A stretch of DNA of 64,000 nucleotides from Takakia lepidozioides (taxonomy: Eukaryota; Plantae; Bryophyta), in NCBI GenBank assembly GCA_030704615.1, contig CM060734.1, forward strand, positions 27,342,001 through 27,406,000. The letters run 5' to 3'. The position numbers and the translations under genes were made by a program. The notes under the pieces were generated by a model. It saw only the letters and a program-made list of their open reading frames with translations. It was not told the origin of the DNA and searched no databases. This document shows positions 45,700 to 57,424 of the stretch, one piece after another; position 1 is the first letter of the stretch; each line of letters starts with the position of its first letter.

Positions 45700-45810
45700 C
45701 AATTCCTGGTTTGTAGTCTCTAGGTCGAATAAGGCCTGGGCTACAGCCTCTTCGAACTCATCAGGCTCGAGCCCCTTCTCCTTCTTAATCTTCCTGCGTG
45801 CCATAAACAT
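45700..45810 (-). pseudogene. RPS7: 5' fragment of 40S ribosomal protein S7 (eS7)
   Basis: [37 protein letters not shown] is the plant eS7 N-terminus; similarity stops abruptly. Confidence 0.85.
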
Positions 45811-46350
45811 GGCTGCTGCCTTGCCGTCCTGAAAGCTCGAGGAGGCAGGCCCACGCGCAGAGAAAAGCAAATCGCCTCCAGGGTGTGATACCCCACCCAA
45901 CTGAGGTCAAGTTTTGGAGTTAATGAGCTCTTGGTGCCTGGAGAAGCCTGGAGGGGAACGGCCTCGGGAACCCGTAGATAACCTGGGAACAGGTTGTAAT
46001 GGCAAAAACGTTTTGGTGTTAAAAAAAAAAAAAAAAAAATGTCTTTTTGATCTAATTTAAATGTTTAAAGAGCCTGGTTGGTCATATCTTTGTCAAATGA
46101 GCTCCGTTTGACTGAGTTTTTGAGGGGATAGCTGCAGAAAGGGGAAATCTAGCTATCTAGACCTGGATTTTGTTTTTGGGACTCTGCTAGAAATCTATGG
46201 AATTTTTAGAGTGTGAGTGTGCCATGAAAGATCCACAATCCTGTTTCTAGAACCTGTTCTGGTCTACATGAGAGATAAATCTGGGGATGTATTCCTTGTA
46301 CGGCTGGGGGAAATGAGGACGTAATTGAAGGGCAGGTCTCTTCTCTTAGC

Positions 46351-47034
46351 TTGTGCACCCAAGGGGACAAGATTTATGTTTCCCAAGGAACTCAGACTGA
46401 TTTGAGTGGAGAACAGTTGGACGAGTTGATTGCATACTGGGAGTCAGGCATTAGCAGTGGACAACAAAATGCTGTAGTTGGCGTTGAGGGCCTCAATATT
46501 GCTTTGGACAGTCAGAACTCTGTTGGAGCCAGCAGTTCTGCAGCTGTAAGTGAAATACCAAAGTGGGTGAAAGCTAGGCTTGGAACACAGCCAAAGACAG
46601 CCCCGGGGACCAAGGTGTTCAGCCACAAGGCCGTGGTGTATTGGAGTAGAGGAGCAAGAGCTACACAAGTTTGTGTAATCAGACAGCGTTGCAGCCGGAC
46701 ACGCTCTGCACAAGGCAACCACGAGTGGGGGTTCATTAGCGAGGACAAGTTTGTTCTGTTTAAAGGAGATGCAGTCATTCGTAATGAGGACACCCGCAAC
46801 CGTCTCAAAGCTTTCGAGTTGAGAGACTATCAGACCCTACCTTTGTTTTCTTTAGTGTTCAGTGAGCGGGAGATAGCAGAGTGTTGTTTTGTCTCTACCT
46901 GGCAGAAAGAGGAGGAGGGTTGGTTAGAGCGAGCTACTGTAGCTTGGGACAAGGTTAGTGGCAGGTTTCTGGACATACATATACCTCCTACACCTTACCA
47001 TCATGCAGAGCGAGGCACTTTGAGAGAAGTCTAG
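46351..47034 (+). CDS. Unknown 227-aa ORF upstream of gag, possibly an extra retroelement ORF
   Basis: Long open frame on the gag strand; no ATG at the called start and no recognised domain. Confidence 0.35.
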   Translation: MCTQGDKIYVSQGTQTDLSGEQLDELIAYWESGISSGQQNAVVGVEGLNIALDSQNSVGASSSAAVSEIPKWVKARLGTQPKTAPGTKVFSHKAVVYWSRGARATQVCVIRQRCSRTRSAQGNHEWGFISEDKFVLFKGDAVIRNEDTRNRLKAFELRDYQTLPLFSLVFSEREIAECCFVSTWQKEEEGWLERATVAWDKVSGRFLDIHIPPTPYHHAERGTLREV

Positions 47035-50000
47035 CAGTTGATAGCATAGATCAGGATTAGATCTTGCTTGGGCGGGCTTATATTCTTCCCCTCCATCTCT
47101 GTACTAGTTTCATTACCTTGTACTTGTAGTTGCCAAAGCCTCTCTTGGTGGAGGCCAGTCAGTCCGGGGTTTTGGGCTGGGATATTCTGCAGGTCAGCAC
47201 TGCAGATGGATTTTGGTGTGGGGGTGTTGATGTTTTGATTTCTTGTGTTTGGATCCCCCCCAACACCTGCATGCTTGACTGTGCGCCATGTTGGTTTTGT
47301 GTGGGCGCTTGCTTTCATAGGGATTAGGCCGGATTTGATCACCGGTCAATCCTAGAGTATGCTGTCGGTGGTGAGGCTGGAGTGATGACCAGCAAGACCA
47401 CCAGTGTTTCTTCTGTGGTGAGACTGGGTTGATGACCAGCCAACCATAGGAGTTCTTGCGGTGGATGCAGGTGCAGGTGCCCTGAGCCACTGGGATATGA
47501 CCCTTAAACTGCAACAGGTGCCTACCCGTGTCACTATTAGAATTAGTAATAGAGTCTTATTGTCACGTGGGGGAGGTGCACATTGTGAGTGTCATCACGG
47601 AGTTACCCAGGGGTTCTGAGGGGAGTACGGCTACAGGCAGTAGCAGTGAGAGTGGGTTCACCAGACAAGGTGTTTGTTTCAGACCACCTTCACCTCCACC
47701 CTCAACTAGTGCAGAGTCAGACACAGACTCGGAGGCTGTGCAGTTTCATTCGCCATTGTTGTGGGACGACATGGAGGAGATGTATGGAGCTACCAAGGGG
47801 CCTCGTAGGTACTCTAGAGCTGTGGGCACAATCGAGTTGGATGACTTTATCCAGGAGTTTGACAGCTGGTGTGATTTGCAGCAGATGCGCAATCCACAGC
47901 TATTCACCCCATTCATGGCGTGGAAGGGACTGTTCTAGCATTTGGAAGGCCCGCCTATGGACGATTACCACAAGTTCAGGCGAGGACATGAAGCAGAAAT
48001 TGAAGAGTGGAGGATGTATTGGTCACCTGACTACGTCTCCATTACTCTAGGAACAACACGACCAGTAGCGACATTAGCACCAATACCTCCCACGGCTAGC
48101 ACTAGTAGTGGAACAGGTAGTGCCACTACTTCTGCAGAAGGTGCTACTACTTATCCTCCCATGACTACAACACATGTGCCAAGATTCAACCCGGTGGTGG
48201 AGTTCTTCCAGGAGTTGCGGAGGAACTACCAAGGTGTACGGACTGAGAAGCTGCGAAGCTTGCAAGACTTCCAGCGCAAACCCAGTGAGAGCATGCGAGA
48301 GACGTACACTCGTATGAGGCGCTTGATAAGTGTGACCCAAGGGGTTACTGAAGCTCAGGAAATCCAGTTTTGGTATGGAATTTTGGACAAGGAGCTCAAG
48401 AGAAGGGTGCGAGATGCAACCCTGTTACAAGCAGCCCAACCCACATTAGCAGATGTGTTTCTGCTAGCTGAGCGGATTGAGCTCAACATGGTGGAGGAGC
48501 GAGTTGTCACCATTGGATTTGGCAAGGACATGCCTGTACGAGGCACAGCTGCCAGCCCACAGGCACAAGATACTGCCCAGCCGCGTGGTCAGGGGGGCAA
48601 GGTTTCCCAACCCAAGTTCCATGGAGTTTACAGGGGACCTCAGGTGCAGAGGCCCGTGGCATCTTTTGCAGGCCAACAGCAACCAGGGGTGGTATGTTGG
48701 ACATGTGGAGGACCCCATGTCAAGAAAAATTGCCCAGAGAATGGCAGAAGGCCGGCACAAGCACAGCCTGCACAGTTGCAGTGTGGGCATTGTGGCAAGT
48801 ATGGACATGGAGATGCCCAGTGTTATGACTTGCACCCTGAGTTGCGCCCAGGCCAGTTCCAAGGGAACAATGGTGGCTGGGGGCGAGGTGGACCAGCCCA
48901 GAGAGGACGAGGTGGTCAGGCACGAGGTGCAGGCCAAGGGCAAGCTCAACATGGCCAAGGACGCGGAGGTCAGGGTGTTGACCAAGGCATGGCCAATCGG
49001 CTTCAGCAGCTAGAGCAGAGGCTCGCTGCCATGGCTATAGCTCAGGCGGTACCGGCTCCCAGGCGGGATGGTCCACCTCCTGCTCCTGAGGGAGGAGATA
49101 TGGGAGGCATGGGCTTTATGTGCGGAGCAGCACTACCACTAGAGCAGGTGGAGTCTGCTGCAACCGTGACTCGAGGAGCAGCACGAGTTCCTGAGCCACG
49201 AGGTGCAGAGGTGGAGTTGGATTCACAACGTGGGGAGGCAAGCTGTCAGGCGAGGCTTCCTCAGTCATTCACATTGGCGGAGACAGTGTCAATGCCATCC
49301 ATGGCACCTAGTTCTCGCCCGACTATTACCGAGGCGGAGGTTACTATGCCATTGGGGAGAGCTACACGTGCAGCACTGACACCTGTTGCTAAGGCTAGTG
49401 CAGCCGGTGTGTTGTCGGGGGCAGCCACCTCTGTGTGTCAAGCCCCACTGTTCTTGGCAACCATGATTGCGACGCCGGGGGTAAGGCCAGCTGCAGTGTT
49501 CAAACTAGCAGCAACACTCTGTGAGAGTGGGGAGGTCACTTCATCTTCTGCGGAGTTAGTGGAAGGTGTAGTGGCAGAGGGATCCTCGGATTTGAGGGTC
49601 AAGACTGCCACGGCTACGCCCTGGCAAGCTGCAGCTGCCAGGTTGACGGAGCTGCCAGCTAGGCCAGCCTTTGAGCGCGTCATAGTGACACCTGGAGTTG
49701 TCTTGTTAGACAACCAGGATGGCATTTTCTCTTTGAGTGGACCGGCAGGCAAGAAGTACCGGCCACTGCGGGTCTTGTTGGACTCGGGAGCTCAGCCACT
49801 GATGTTGGGCAGAGCTGCTATTGCAGGTTTGGGCCTCATAGAGGTGGATATGGAGCCTTGTCCTTTCCAGATACAGACATCTCTGGGAGGATCAGAGCAG
49901 GCTCGGGGCATGACACGGCGTGAGTTGGCCATTGGACTACAAGCAGATCATCCTGTAGATGGCTCAGTGATGCGAGCCAAGGCCATTGTGACAGACGCGG

Positions 50001-50494
50001 TCTCTTACGATGTCCTCATTGGTGGGGCACTGTTATATCCCATGGGCTTCACCCTGGACTTTTGGGAGGAGTCAGCATCCTACAGGCCTGGATGGCAGTC
50101 AGGGGATGGTCGTCATGCACAGCTCCCTATGACATTCATTGGGGGTATTGCGGCTGCCCAACGGGGCAAGATGCCAAAACTAGCCGCCTTTACAGCTGCA
50201 GTTAGTTGGCCTGGAGAGTTGCTGGAAGGCAATGCCCATGCAGAGGATGTGCCACCTCCAGCTGAGCAGGATGACATGCATGGTATGGCGGAGTTGCCTG
50301 CCATGGTTGCTCACACTCCATTGTGGGGTACGAGCAAGGATTTGCAGCAGGTTGCTGATAGACGGGTGCAACAAGCTTGGGTAGAAGCTTTCGTACCGTC
50401 AGGAGATGAAGAGAGTGCGGTGATTGCACCAGGACCACCTCAGTTGTCGCCATTGGACACCACACCTCTTGTGTGGCAGTGCCCGGGTGAAGGC

Positions 50495-51440
50495 ATTTGC
50501 CTTCTGGACTTGTTTGGCGGGATCAGCACCGGATTGGCTGCTGTGCTACAGGCAGGTGTGCGGGTAAGACGTTATCTATATGTGGAGAGGGATGAGACTA
50601 CACGACGCGTCTCACTGCGCCATGTTGCTCAGTTGGTACAGCAGTACCCTGCTTTGTTGCCAGTGTCTGCAATTCGTGGATACCAACAAGCCTTGCCAAC
50701 AGACATTTCGTTGCTGGGGGCGCCGGATTTGGAGCAGGTTGGCTCCATTGATCTGGTAGTGGCAGGTTGGCCCTGCCAAGGGTATTCATCAGCCGGGCAT
50801 GACAATGGATTGCGAGACTCGAGGACGGGTCTGTTTTGGGAGATGGTGCGGATTTTGCGCCACTTGCAGCTTCATCAAGCTGTATCGTCAGCAAACATCT
50901 TGGAGAATGTGCCACTGATGGGCGATTCTCGGGCCAGGGTGATGGCCAGTATGCATCAAGTTCGGTCGTGGCTTGGGTCAGCAGTGTTGCTGGATGCAAC
51001 TGCAGTGGGGTCACGGGCTCATCATCCACGGCTTTGGTGGACTAACTCGATGCCACCCGCACTGCTCAAGCGTGCATTTGATGGGGTGCAGCGGCCAGCA
51101 CACCTCACCGTGGATGGCATTCTAGACACAGGGAGGCAGTCTCAACGTGTGAGACACGATGACCGTTCACCTTTGGCAGTGGTCAACAGGGTGGGTCAAC
51201 CACGAGCAGCATTACCTACACTGCTCAGCTTCCCAGGATCCCATGCTTTTCGGGATGGTGGACCTGGCCTCTTGTGGGATAGCCAGTTGCAACAGTTAGT
51301 GGAGCCTAATGCCGACGAGCGAGAGCGGGCTATGGGATTTTCCACTGGGACCACGGCGGTGCCTTCTCTTTCTGAGGCATCACGTCGTCAGGTGTTGGGG
51401 CAAGCAATGGATCTCAATTGCTTGACCTGGATTATCAGCT
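50495..51440 (+). other. C5-cytosine DNA methyltransferase domain (DNMT3-like) inside Pol
   Basis: Motifs in canonical order: I LDLFGGISTG, II YVERD, IV LVVAGWPCQ (catalytic PC at 50771-50776), VI ILENV, VIII AHHPRLWWTN, IX ERERAMGF, X RRQVLGQAM. Confidence 0.93.
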
Positions 51441-54400
51441 TGGCTATGGCTGAGCAACGTAGAGTGCGGAGTGCACTTCCCTTGACGGTCTCTCTGCCTA
51501 CCGAGACGGTACAGGCAGCAAGTGGGGGCGAGCCGGTGAGGACCACGGGGTGTAGACATCCATGGCACACGTGGGAGGTGCTCGAGGTTCAGAGGGAGTT
51601 GGCAGCCAAGGCAGCTGTGATGGATGAGGTTGGGGATTCTTCTCGGGATGAGGAGGTTCTCAATGATGAGATGATGGGGCAGGATGAGGCCTTGTCATTG
51701 ACTGAGCAGGAAGGGAGTACTGCTCAAGAGATTGCAGCATAGCAACCACGGGACGCGTCCTCTACCTCTAAGCCCACTGGACTTAAGGTTGCAGTTACGG
51801 AGGACAATTGGGAGCCTGACATTGGACCCATTGTCACCGGAGGAGAGAGACGACGTATACGGCGGTTCCTGAGGGCTTACAGGAATTGCTTTGCCTTCAG
51901 TTTGAAGGACTTGGGAGCACTGAAGGGTCAAGAGATCCGTATTGAGTTGGCCACTAACACGCCAATCTTTCGGAGACCCTATAGATACAGTGACATGGAG
52001 AGGTCTTTGATTCAGATGAGGACTCAAGATCTCTGGGAGGCAGGTTTGGTGGAGCTCTCTGGTGGAGAGTATGCTTCAGTCACAGTGATGCCAGCCAAGA
52101 AGGATGTCTATGGCAATTGGACGGAGAGACGTATGTGCGGTGATTACCGGCCTGTAAATCGTCAGACCAAGTCCGATAGGTATGCCATGCCGACACCAGA
52201 GGAGATCTTTGATGCCATTGGGCATTGGTCTTTAGCACGTTGGATTTACGATCCGGATATCACCAGTTGCCGATCAAGGAGGTGGATAAGCAAAAGACGG
52301 CATTTTGGGGGATCAATGAGCACGGGAAGGATTGCCTATACCAGTGGCGGTCCTTACCATTTGGGCTTAAAAACGCTCCCGCTGAGTTTCAAAGAGTCAT
52401 GGACAGGATTCTAGCAGGGGTGGAGTTTGCTCGGTGCTACATAGATGACATCATCATCTTTAGTGCTACGGTGGAGGAGCATGAGAGACACCTTCAGGGG
52501 GTATTTGAGCACTTGAGGGCGCACGGATTGAAGTTACATCCGGGCAAGTGCAAGTTTTTCCACAACTAGATTGAGTATCTGGGTCACACGATATATCCTG
52601 GAGGATTGGGGGTACAGCAGACTAAGGTAAAGTCCATTGCACAGGTTCCACGCCCCACGGATGTGAGCCGAGTTCGAGCTTTTATGGGGTTAACAAACTA
52701 TTACAGACAGTTTGTTAAGGGATTTAGTGCCATTGCAAAGGCTCTAACCAAGCTGACCAAGGTGGACCAGGAGTGGCAGTGGGAAGATGAGCAAGAACAA
52801 GCTTTTCAAGAGCTCAAGGCGAGGTTGACCTCGGCGCCCATCTTGAGACGACCTATCAGGAGGCGTCCTTTTCAGCTGCATACAGATTGGAGCATGCTGG
52901 GGCTTGGAGCGGTGCTCACACAGGTGGATGATGAGGGAAGAGAGTTCGTAGTGCCTTATGCTAGCCGCTCGAACAATGCTGCAGAGTCTAAGTATAGCTC
53001 ATATGAGAGAGAATGCTTAGCTGCAGTGTGGGCCGTGGCACACTTCAGGTGCTATCTATACGGCAATCTCTTCACCCTTGTCACGGATCACCAACCACTC
53101 AAGTGGTTGATGGAGTCAGACAAGCTTACGGGGAAGCTTGCACGGTGGGCACTCATCCTTCAAGAGTATGACTTTCAGGTGGTGCATCGACCGGGTTTGG
53201 TCAATCGCAATCCATGCATGAGCCAGTAGGATGACACTTGAGCTCGGTGGCATGGTGAGACGGACGAGGAGATGGTGCCCGGATGGCATGCATCTGCATT
53301 TCTGTGTATCTTGGCAGCGGAAGGCCAGGTTGGACCTGCAATAGGGATGACTGTAGATCAAGTGTCTGAGGACCCTGAGGCCAGCAATGAGCAAGGTGGC
53401 ACCAAAGATATACATGAGGATTCAGTTGTGTTGGACTACCTCCGCACTGGAGACACTGCAGCCACTGTGACTGCCAAGGAGAGGGATCGGATCCTACAAC
53501 GAGCCAAGAGGTTCAAGTGGGAGGGGACACACCTGCTTTGGGGTGCGACGCACCCATAGCCTACTGCAGGGGCAGTATTGGTGGCGTGGTATGCACACAG
53601 AGGTGCAACAATTTGTGGCTAGGTGCATGGTGTGTGACAGGGTGCGTGCTTTATTCAACGCCCCTACTCCACAATTGCACCCTCTTCCGATCATGGGATT
53701 GGGCTACAGGTGGAGTCTTGACTTCGCAGGGCCGTTGCCACTGACCATGCGTCACAACAAGTACGTGTTGGTGATGGTGGAGCACTTCTCCAAATGGATT
53801 GAGTTGGTTCCATTGCCTGATAAGGCTAGTGAGGGAGCTGCGTATGCATTCTTGGGCTTAGCCGATTCGGTGCTCCAGCTGAGGTACTCACGGACCAAGG
53901 GAGAGAGTTCTTGGGGGAGTTTCAGGCTTTGTGTGACAAGGCCTTGATAGACCACCGCACCACTTCTCGGGATCATCCTGAGGCCGATGGCTTGGCAGAG
54001 AGAGTTGTTCAGACAGTAAAGAGGGGTTTGCGCAAGTATGGCTTGCAGAAGGGACACCTAGGAGATTGGGACCTTCAGTTACCCTGGTTAGCCATGGGCT
54101 ACAGGTTCAGCAAGCAAGCATCACTTGCCTCCTTCTCACCATACTTTCTTCTCTTTGGCCGAGAGCCGGATTTGCCTACATCCATTCGCAGAGAAGCTGC
54201 TACAATTCTTAATCTTGACGATCCAGACGTGTGGGCACGTGCATGTGAGTAGCGTGCAGAGTTGTTCAAGAAAGTCATGCCCATGGCTTTCGAGAACCTT
54301 GCCATTACACAACACCGTGATACGTTGAGGTATGCTACCATACGTGGTGGGGGCTATCGTCCTGGGGTTTGGAGATTCAACCCTGGTGACTATGTCTATC

Positions 54401-54609
54401 TGCAGCAGACTGCTCCTACGACCCTGGATGTGATTGCAGGACGTGTTATTTTGAGGGTTCGAAAGGTCTTGCCCTCAGGCGTCTTGGTCTTGGAGGGTCG
54501 GGATGGCATAACGTGGAAGGACCATGTGCGTAATTGTGCGCCCTCTCACCTTCCGAATGTTGATGGTAGGATTGACCCAAACCTGGCAGTGGTATCTGCA
54601 GGTTTGAGA

Positions 54610-54745
54610 TGCATGTTGTGTGGGTCTGCTAGAGGGGCAGCCACCATGCTGGTGTGTGATCGATGCTCTCGAGGTTGGCATATGGGATGCTTGACACCAC
54701 CTCTTGAGATGGTTCCGGATAGGGATTGGTTATGTCCACATTGCA
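54610..54745 (+). other. PHD finger (C4HC3) at the integrase C-terminus
   Basis: CMLC...MLVCDRCSRGWHMGCLTPPL...WLCPHC. Confidence 0.92.
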
Positions 54746-55012
54746 TTGGATAGTGAAAGTGGATACACCATGGAATGCTAACAAGAAACGCAAGGCCCAG
54801 CTACTAGGAGACCTTGAACACACGAGATCCTGGCTCAAGTTCACAGATTGCAAGACGGCGACTAACGATGGGGCTACACTTGTACCCGGCCTCTTGGTCG
54901 ATAGAGTTTGAGCACAATAGGGACAGTGATAGAGGACTTAGTACGGCTGTGGCTATTACATCTTGTAGCTATCTGGAGGTAGAGGGACCTATCCACCAGC
55001 TAGGGGGGCGAT

Positions 55013-55531
55013 TGTGGTAGACTACTTTATTGTGCATATATGTGTGGTGTGGTTTGGACAGCAATGTAGTTGTGTTGCGATACGTATGCGCACGACAACT
55101 GTCAAGTTAAATAAGCACAGTGTGAAACTAGCTAGAATAAAGCTAGTTATTTGTATTTAACACTTGGATTTAGGTCAAGTGTTAAATCAGGTGTCAAGTT
55201 TAGTTTGACACCTGACCCGTCTTATCTTCACGAGAGCGGCAGTTGCGCAGCTCATCTCTCTCGAGTTGAGCCTGCGCGACCGAGCTCCTGCATCGTTTAG
55301 GACTGAGTATGCTCATGATGGGAGTGTAGGTTGTTGTGGGGTGGAGTCCCCACAGCTTGGGGTGCCCCTGGCTCGACTATTATCTTAAAGAGTGATAGCG
55401 ATGGATTTCATATTTCTTGTGTTGGGAGTGTGTGTCCTTTTAGCTTATTGTGGTAGACTACTTTATTGTGCATATATCTGTGGTGTGGTTTGGACAGCGA
55501 TGTAGTTGTGTTGCGATACGTATGCGCACGA
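55013..55531 (+). repeat. Truncated 3' LTR followed by a duplication of its first about 85 bp
   Basis: TGTGGTAGACTAC... starts after the polypurine tract; 55447-55531 repeats about 55011-55096. Confidence 0.85.
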
Positions 55532-55725
55532 CAGTTGTCTTTCCCTGATCCTCTTCAGCTACTTGTACTTGGTTATACCCACTAAAACCATCCATGAATG
55601 AGTACATCTCATGGCATGCTACAGTATCTAGCACAACTTCTGTGAATGACAAAGGAAAGGGATTTTTCTTTGTACAATCATTCAACTTCTTATAGTTCAC
55701 ACAAACTCTCAGTTTATATGTATAC
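55532..55725 (-). mobile_element. RT fragment of a different gypsy family
   Basis: KLRVCVNYKKLNDCTKKNPFPL...YSFMDGFSGYNQV. Confidence 0.85.
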
Positions 55726-55736
55726 ATTCTCTCTAC

Positions 55737-56437
55737 ATGTAGCCACACTGGCCTACTGAATGAAGGAAGACACTACTTCGATTCCCTGAGTCAAGATCAT
55801 GGTGTCACCCCGCCAGTAAAGCACTTTGGCTGCATGGTGGACCTTCTGGACGAGCGGGACAAGTAAATGAGGCAGTGGACCTGATTAATAAAATGACAAT
55901 CAATCCAGATGTTGTGGTGTGGAAGGCCTTGCTTGGTGCCTGCAGAATCCATGGCAATGTCGAGATGGCTGAATGTGTGGCAACATCTATCCTCAAGTGG
56001 GATGAGTAGGATGTCGTGACTTATGTGTTGTTATATCAAACATCTATGCTGCAGTTGGCAGGTGGGATGATACTGCAAAGGTGAGAAGAATGATGAAGGT
56101 CAGAGGGGTTAGAAAGGAGCCGGATGACAAGTTGCATCCCAGAATTAAGGAAATCCATGCTGAGCTGAGAAGATTGTCTGGGCAGATGAAGGAGGCGGGG
56201 TATGTGCTTGGCACACGCTTTTTATTGCTTGATGTGGAGGAAATGAATTTTCTCTTTGCCACCAAGGGCATTAGTTTTGGGCTGACCAGCACGACTCGTC
56301 AAGAATCTTCGAGTGTGTGGAGACTGCCACACCTCCACCAAATTCAAAGATTGTTGGCCGAACAATTGTTGTATGGGACGCTAACTACTTTCCACCACTT
56401 TGAAGATGGGATTTGTTCTTGTGGTGATTACTGGTGA
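55737..56437 (+). pseudogene. PLS-class PPR protein relic with E and DYW domains (organellar RNA-editing factor family)
   Basis: CSHTGLLNEGRHYF, PDVVVWKALLGACRIHGNVE, VRRMMKVRGVRKEP, HHFEDGICSCGDYW*. It has a stop, frameshifts and deletions, and the PG box and HSEK are missing. Confidence 0.9.
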
Positions 56438-56439
56438 AA

Positions 56440-57424
56440 TGATGTTTTCTTGGAGTTCGAACTGTGTCCAAAAAGGGCTTATGAGCCATGCCCGTTCCAA
56501 AAGTGACGTTGTGTTAGGGAAGTTCGGTAGGTCGGTTTGTATGCTAATTTTCATTTGACGGAGGATGAGTAGCGTGCGCGCTGTAGGGGAGTGCATGCAG
56601 GCTTGTGGGTGCAATGACGATAATGAGTAGAGGCCGTTGTATTTGAGGGCCAGGTATTTAAGGATCCCATGATAGATGATGCCCAAGCGTCCTGGATTGT
56701 TGAGGGCTTCTTTTAATTGCATGCCTAATGTGCGGGCATATGAGATGATTAATGGTGTAGAGCCGATTCCGTAGCTATCGGTGGGGAGTTGAGTGAGGGC
56801 ATTAGGAGTGCTGATGGGTAATCCACATACCCGTTTTGTGAGGTGTATAATGCTTTTGTCATGTTTTTTGATGTCCGACAGGGAAAATGGGGTGGCATTG
56901 TGCTATTAGTATATATGTTCCCTATGAGTTGGACAGCATCAATGGGGTATCCTAAATCAAGCATCACGGTAAGTAACCTAGCATGGTCTAGTGAACGAAG
57001 GCGTTTTTAAAGTCTATATATAGTAGATATATGTCATGTTTGGTGAGCTTAGCGTCCTCAAGGGCAGAGATGACGTATTGTATTCGTCGAGTTGTACTTC
57101 GGGAGGCTCGGAAACCTTCTTGAGGATCACTGAGGATACGATGTTGTTCACTGTAGCTGGATAGCATTGTGGTGAGCGTGCTAGTAAAGAGTTTATATAT
57201 AGTGTTGGCTAGTGCTATGGGTCTATAATTGCTAAGGTCCATTGGATCGCCTTTTTTGAAGAGGAGGATGGTGCGACTGTGCTTCCAGGAATGTGGGATT
57301 CGTTGCAATTGGTAGCAGAGCTGGAAGAATGTGTAGAGGAGGTGATGAAATTGAGGGTCGAGTGCTTGAAGTATGGCGTTGGGTAAAAGGTCTGGATGGA
57401 CACATGCGGCCAGGGTGACGGCAT
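56440..57424 (-). mobile_element. Non-LTR retrotransposon RT fragment, degenerate
   Basis: WKHSRTILLFKKGDPMDLSNYRPIALANTIYKLF...QEGFR...LYIDFKNAF. Confidence 0.9.

Larger units (their letters stand above)
47528..54753 (+). pseudogene. Gag-Pol polyprotein with in-frame stops and about 3 frameshifts
   Basis: CWTCGGPHVKKNC and CGHCGKYGHGDAQC knuckles; VLLDSGAQ protease; RMCGDYR, LDLRSGYHQ, FGLKNAP, YIDDII (RT); LHTDWS, TDHQPL (RNase H); WSLDFAGPL, TDQGREF, DGLAERVVQ (integrase). ORFs at 47942 and 51902 share one frame. Confidence 0.92.
43766..55531 (+). mobile_element. Ty3/gypsy LTR retrotransposon: gag-2xCCHC-protease-DNA methyltransferase-RT-RNase H-integrase-PHD, decayed
   Basis: Coding region about 47528-54753 in PR-RT-RH-IN order; polypurine tract AGGGGGG at 55002-55008, then LTR start TG at 55013; LTR homology at 43766-43989. 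Confidence 0.9.

Noticed and set aside
45930-45945. Primer-binding site TGGTGCC for the gypsy element
   Set aside because: Not preceded by an LTR-terminal CA, and I could not match it confidently to a tRNA 3' end.
50495-51440. Bacterial restriction-modification methyltransferase or contamination
   Set aside because: The domain is in frame between gypsy protease and RT, has DNMT3-like motif wording, and has no partner endonuclease.
47936-54252. Programmed readthrough or U-to-C editing of the TAG stops
   Set aside because: Stops are scattered and accompanied by frameshifts and deletions; U-to-C editing is organellar. Mutational decay is the simpler explanation.
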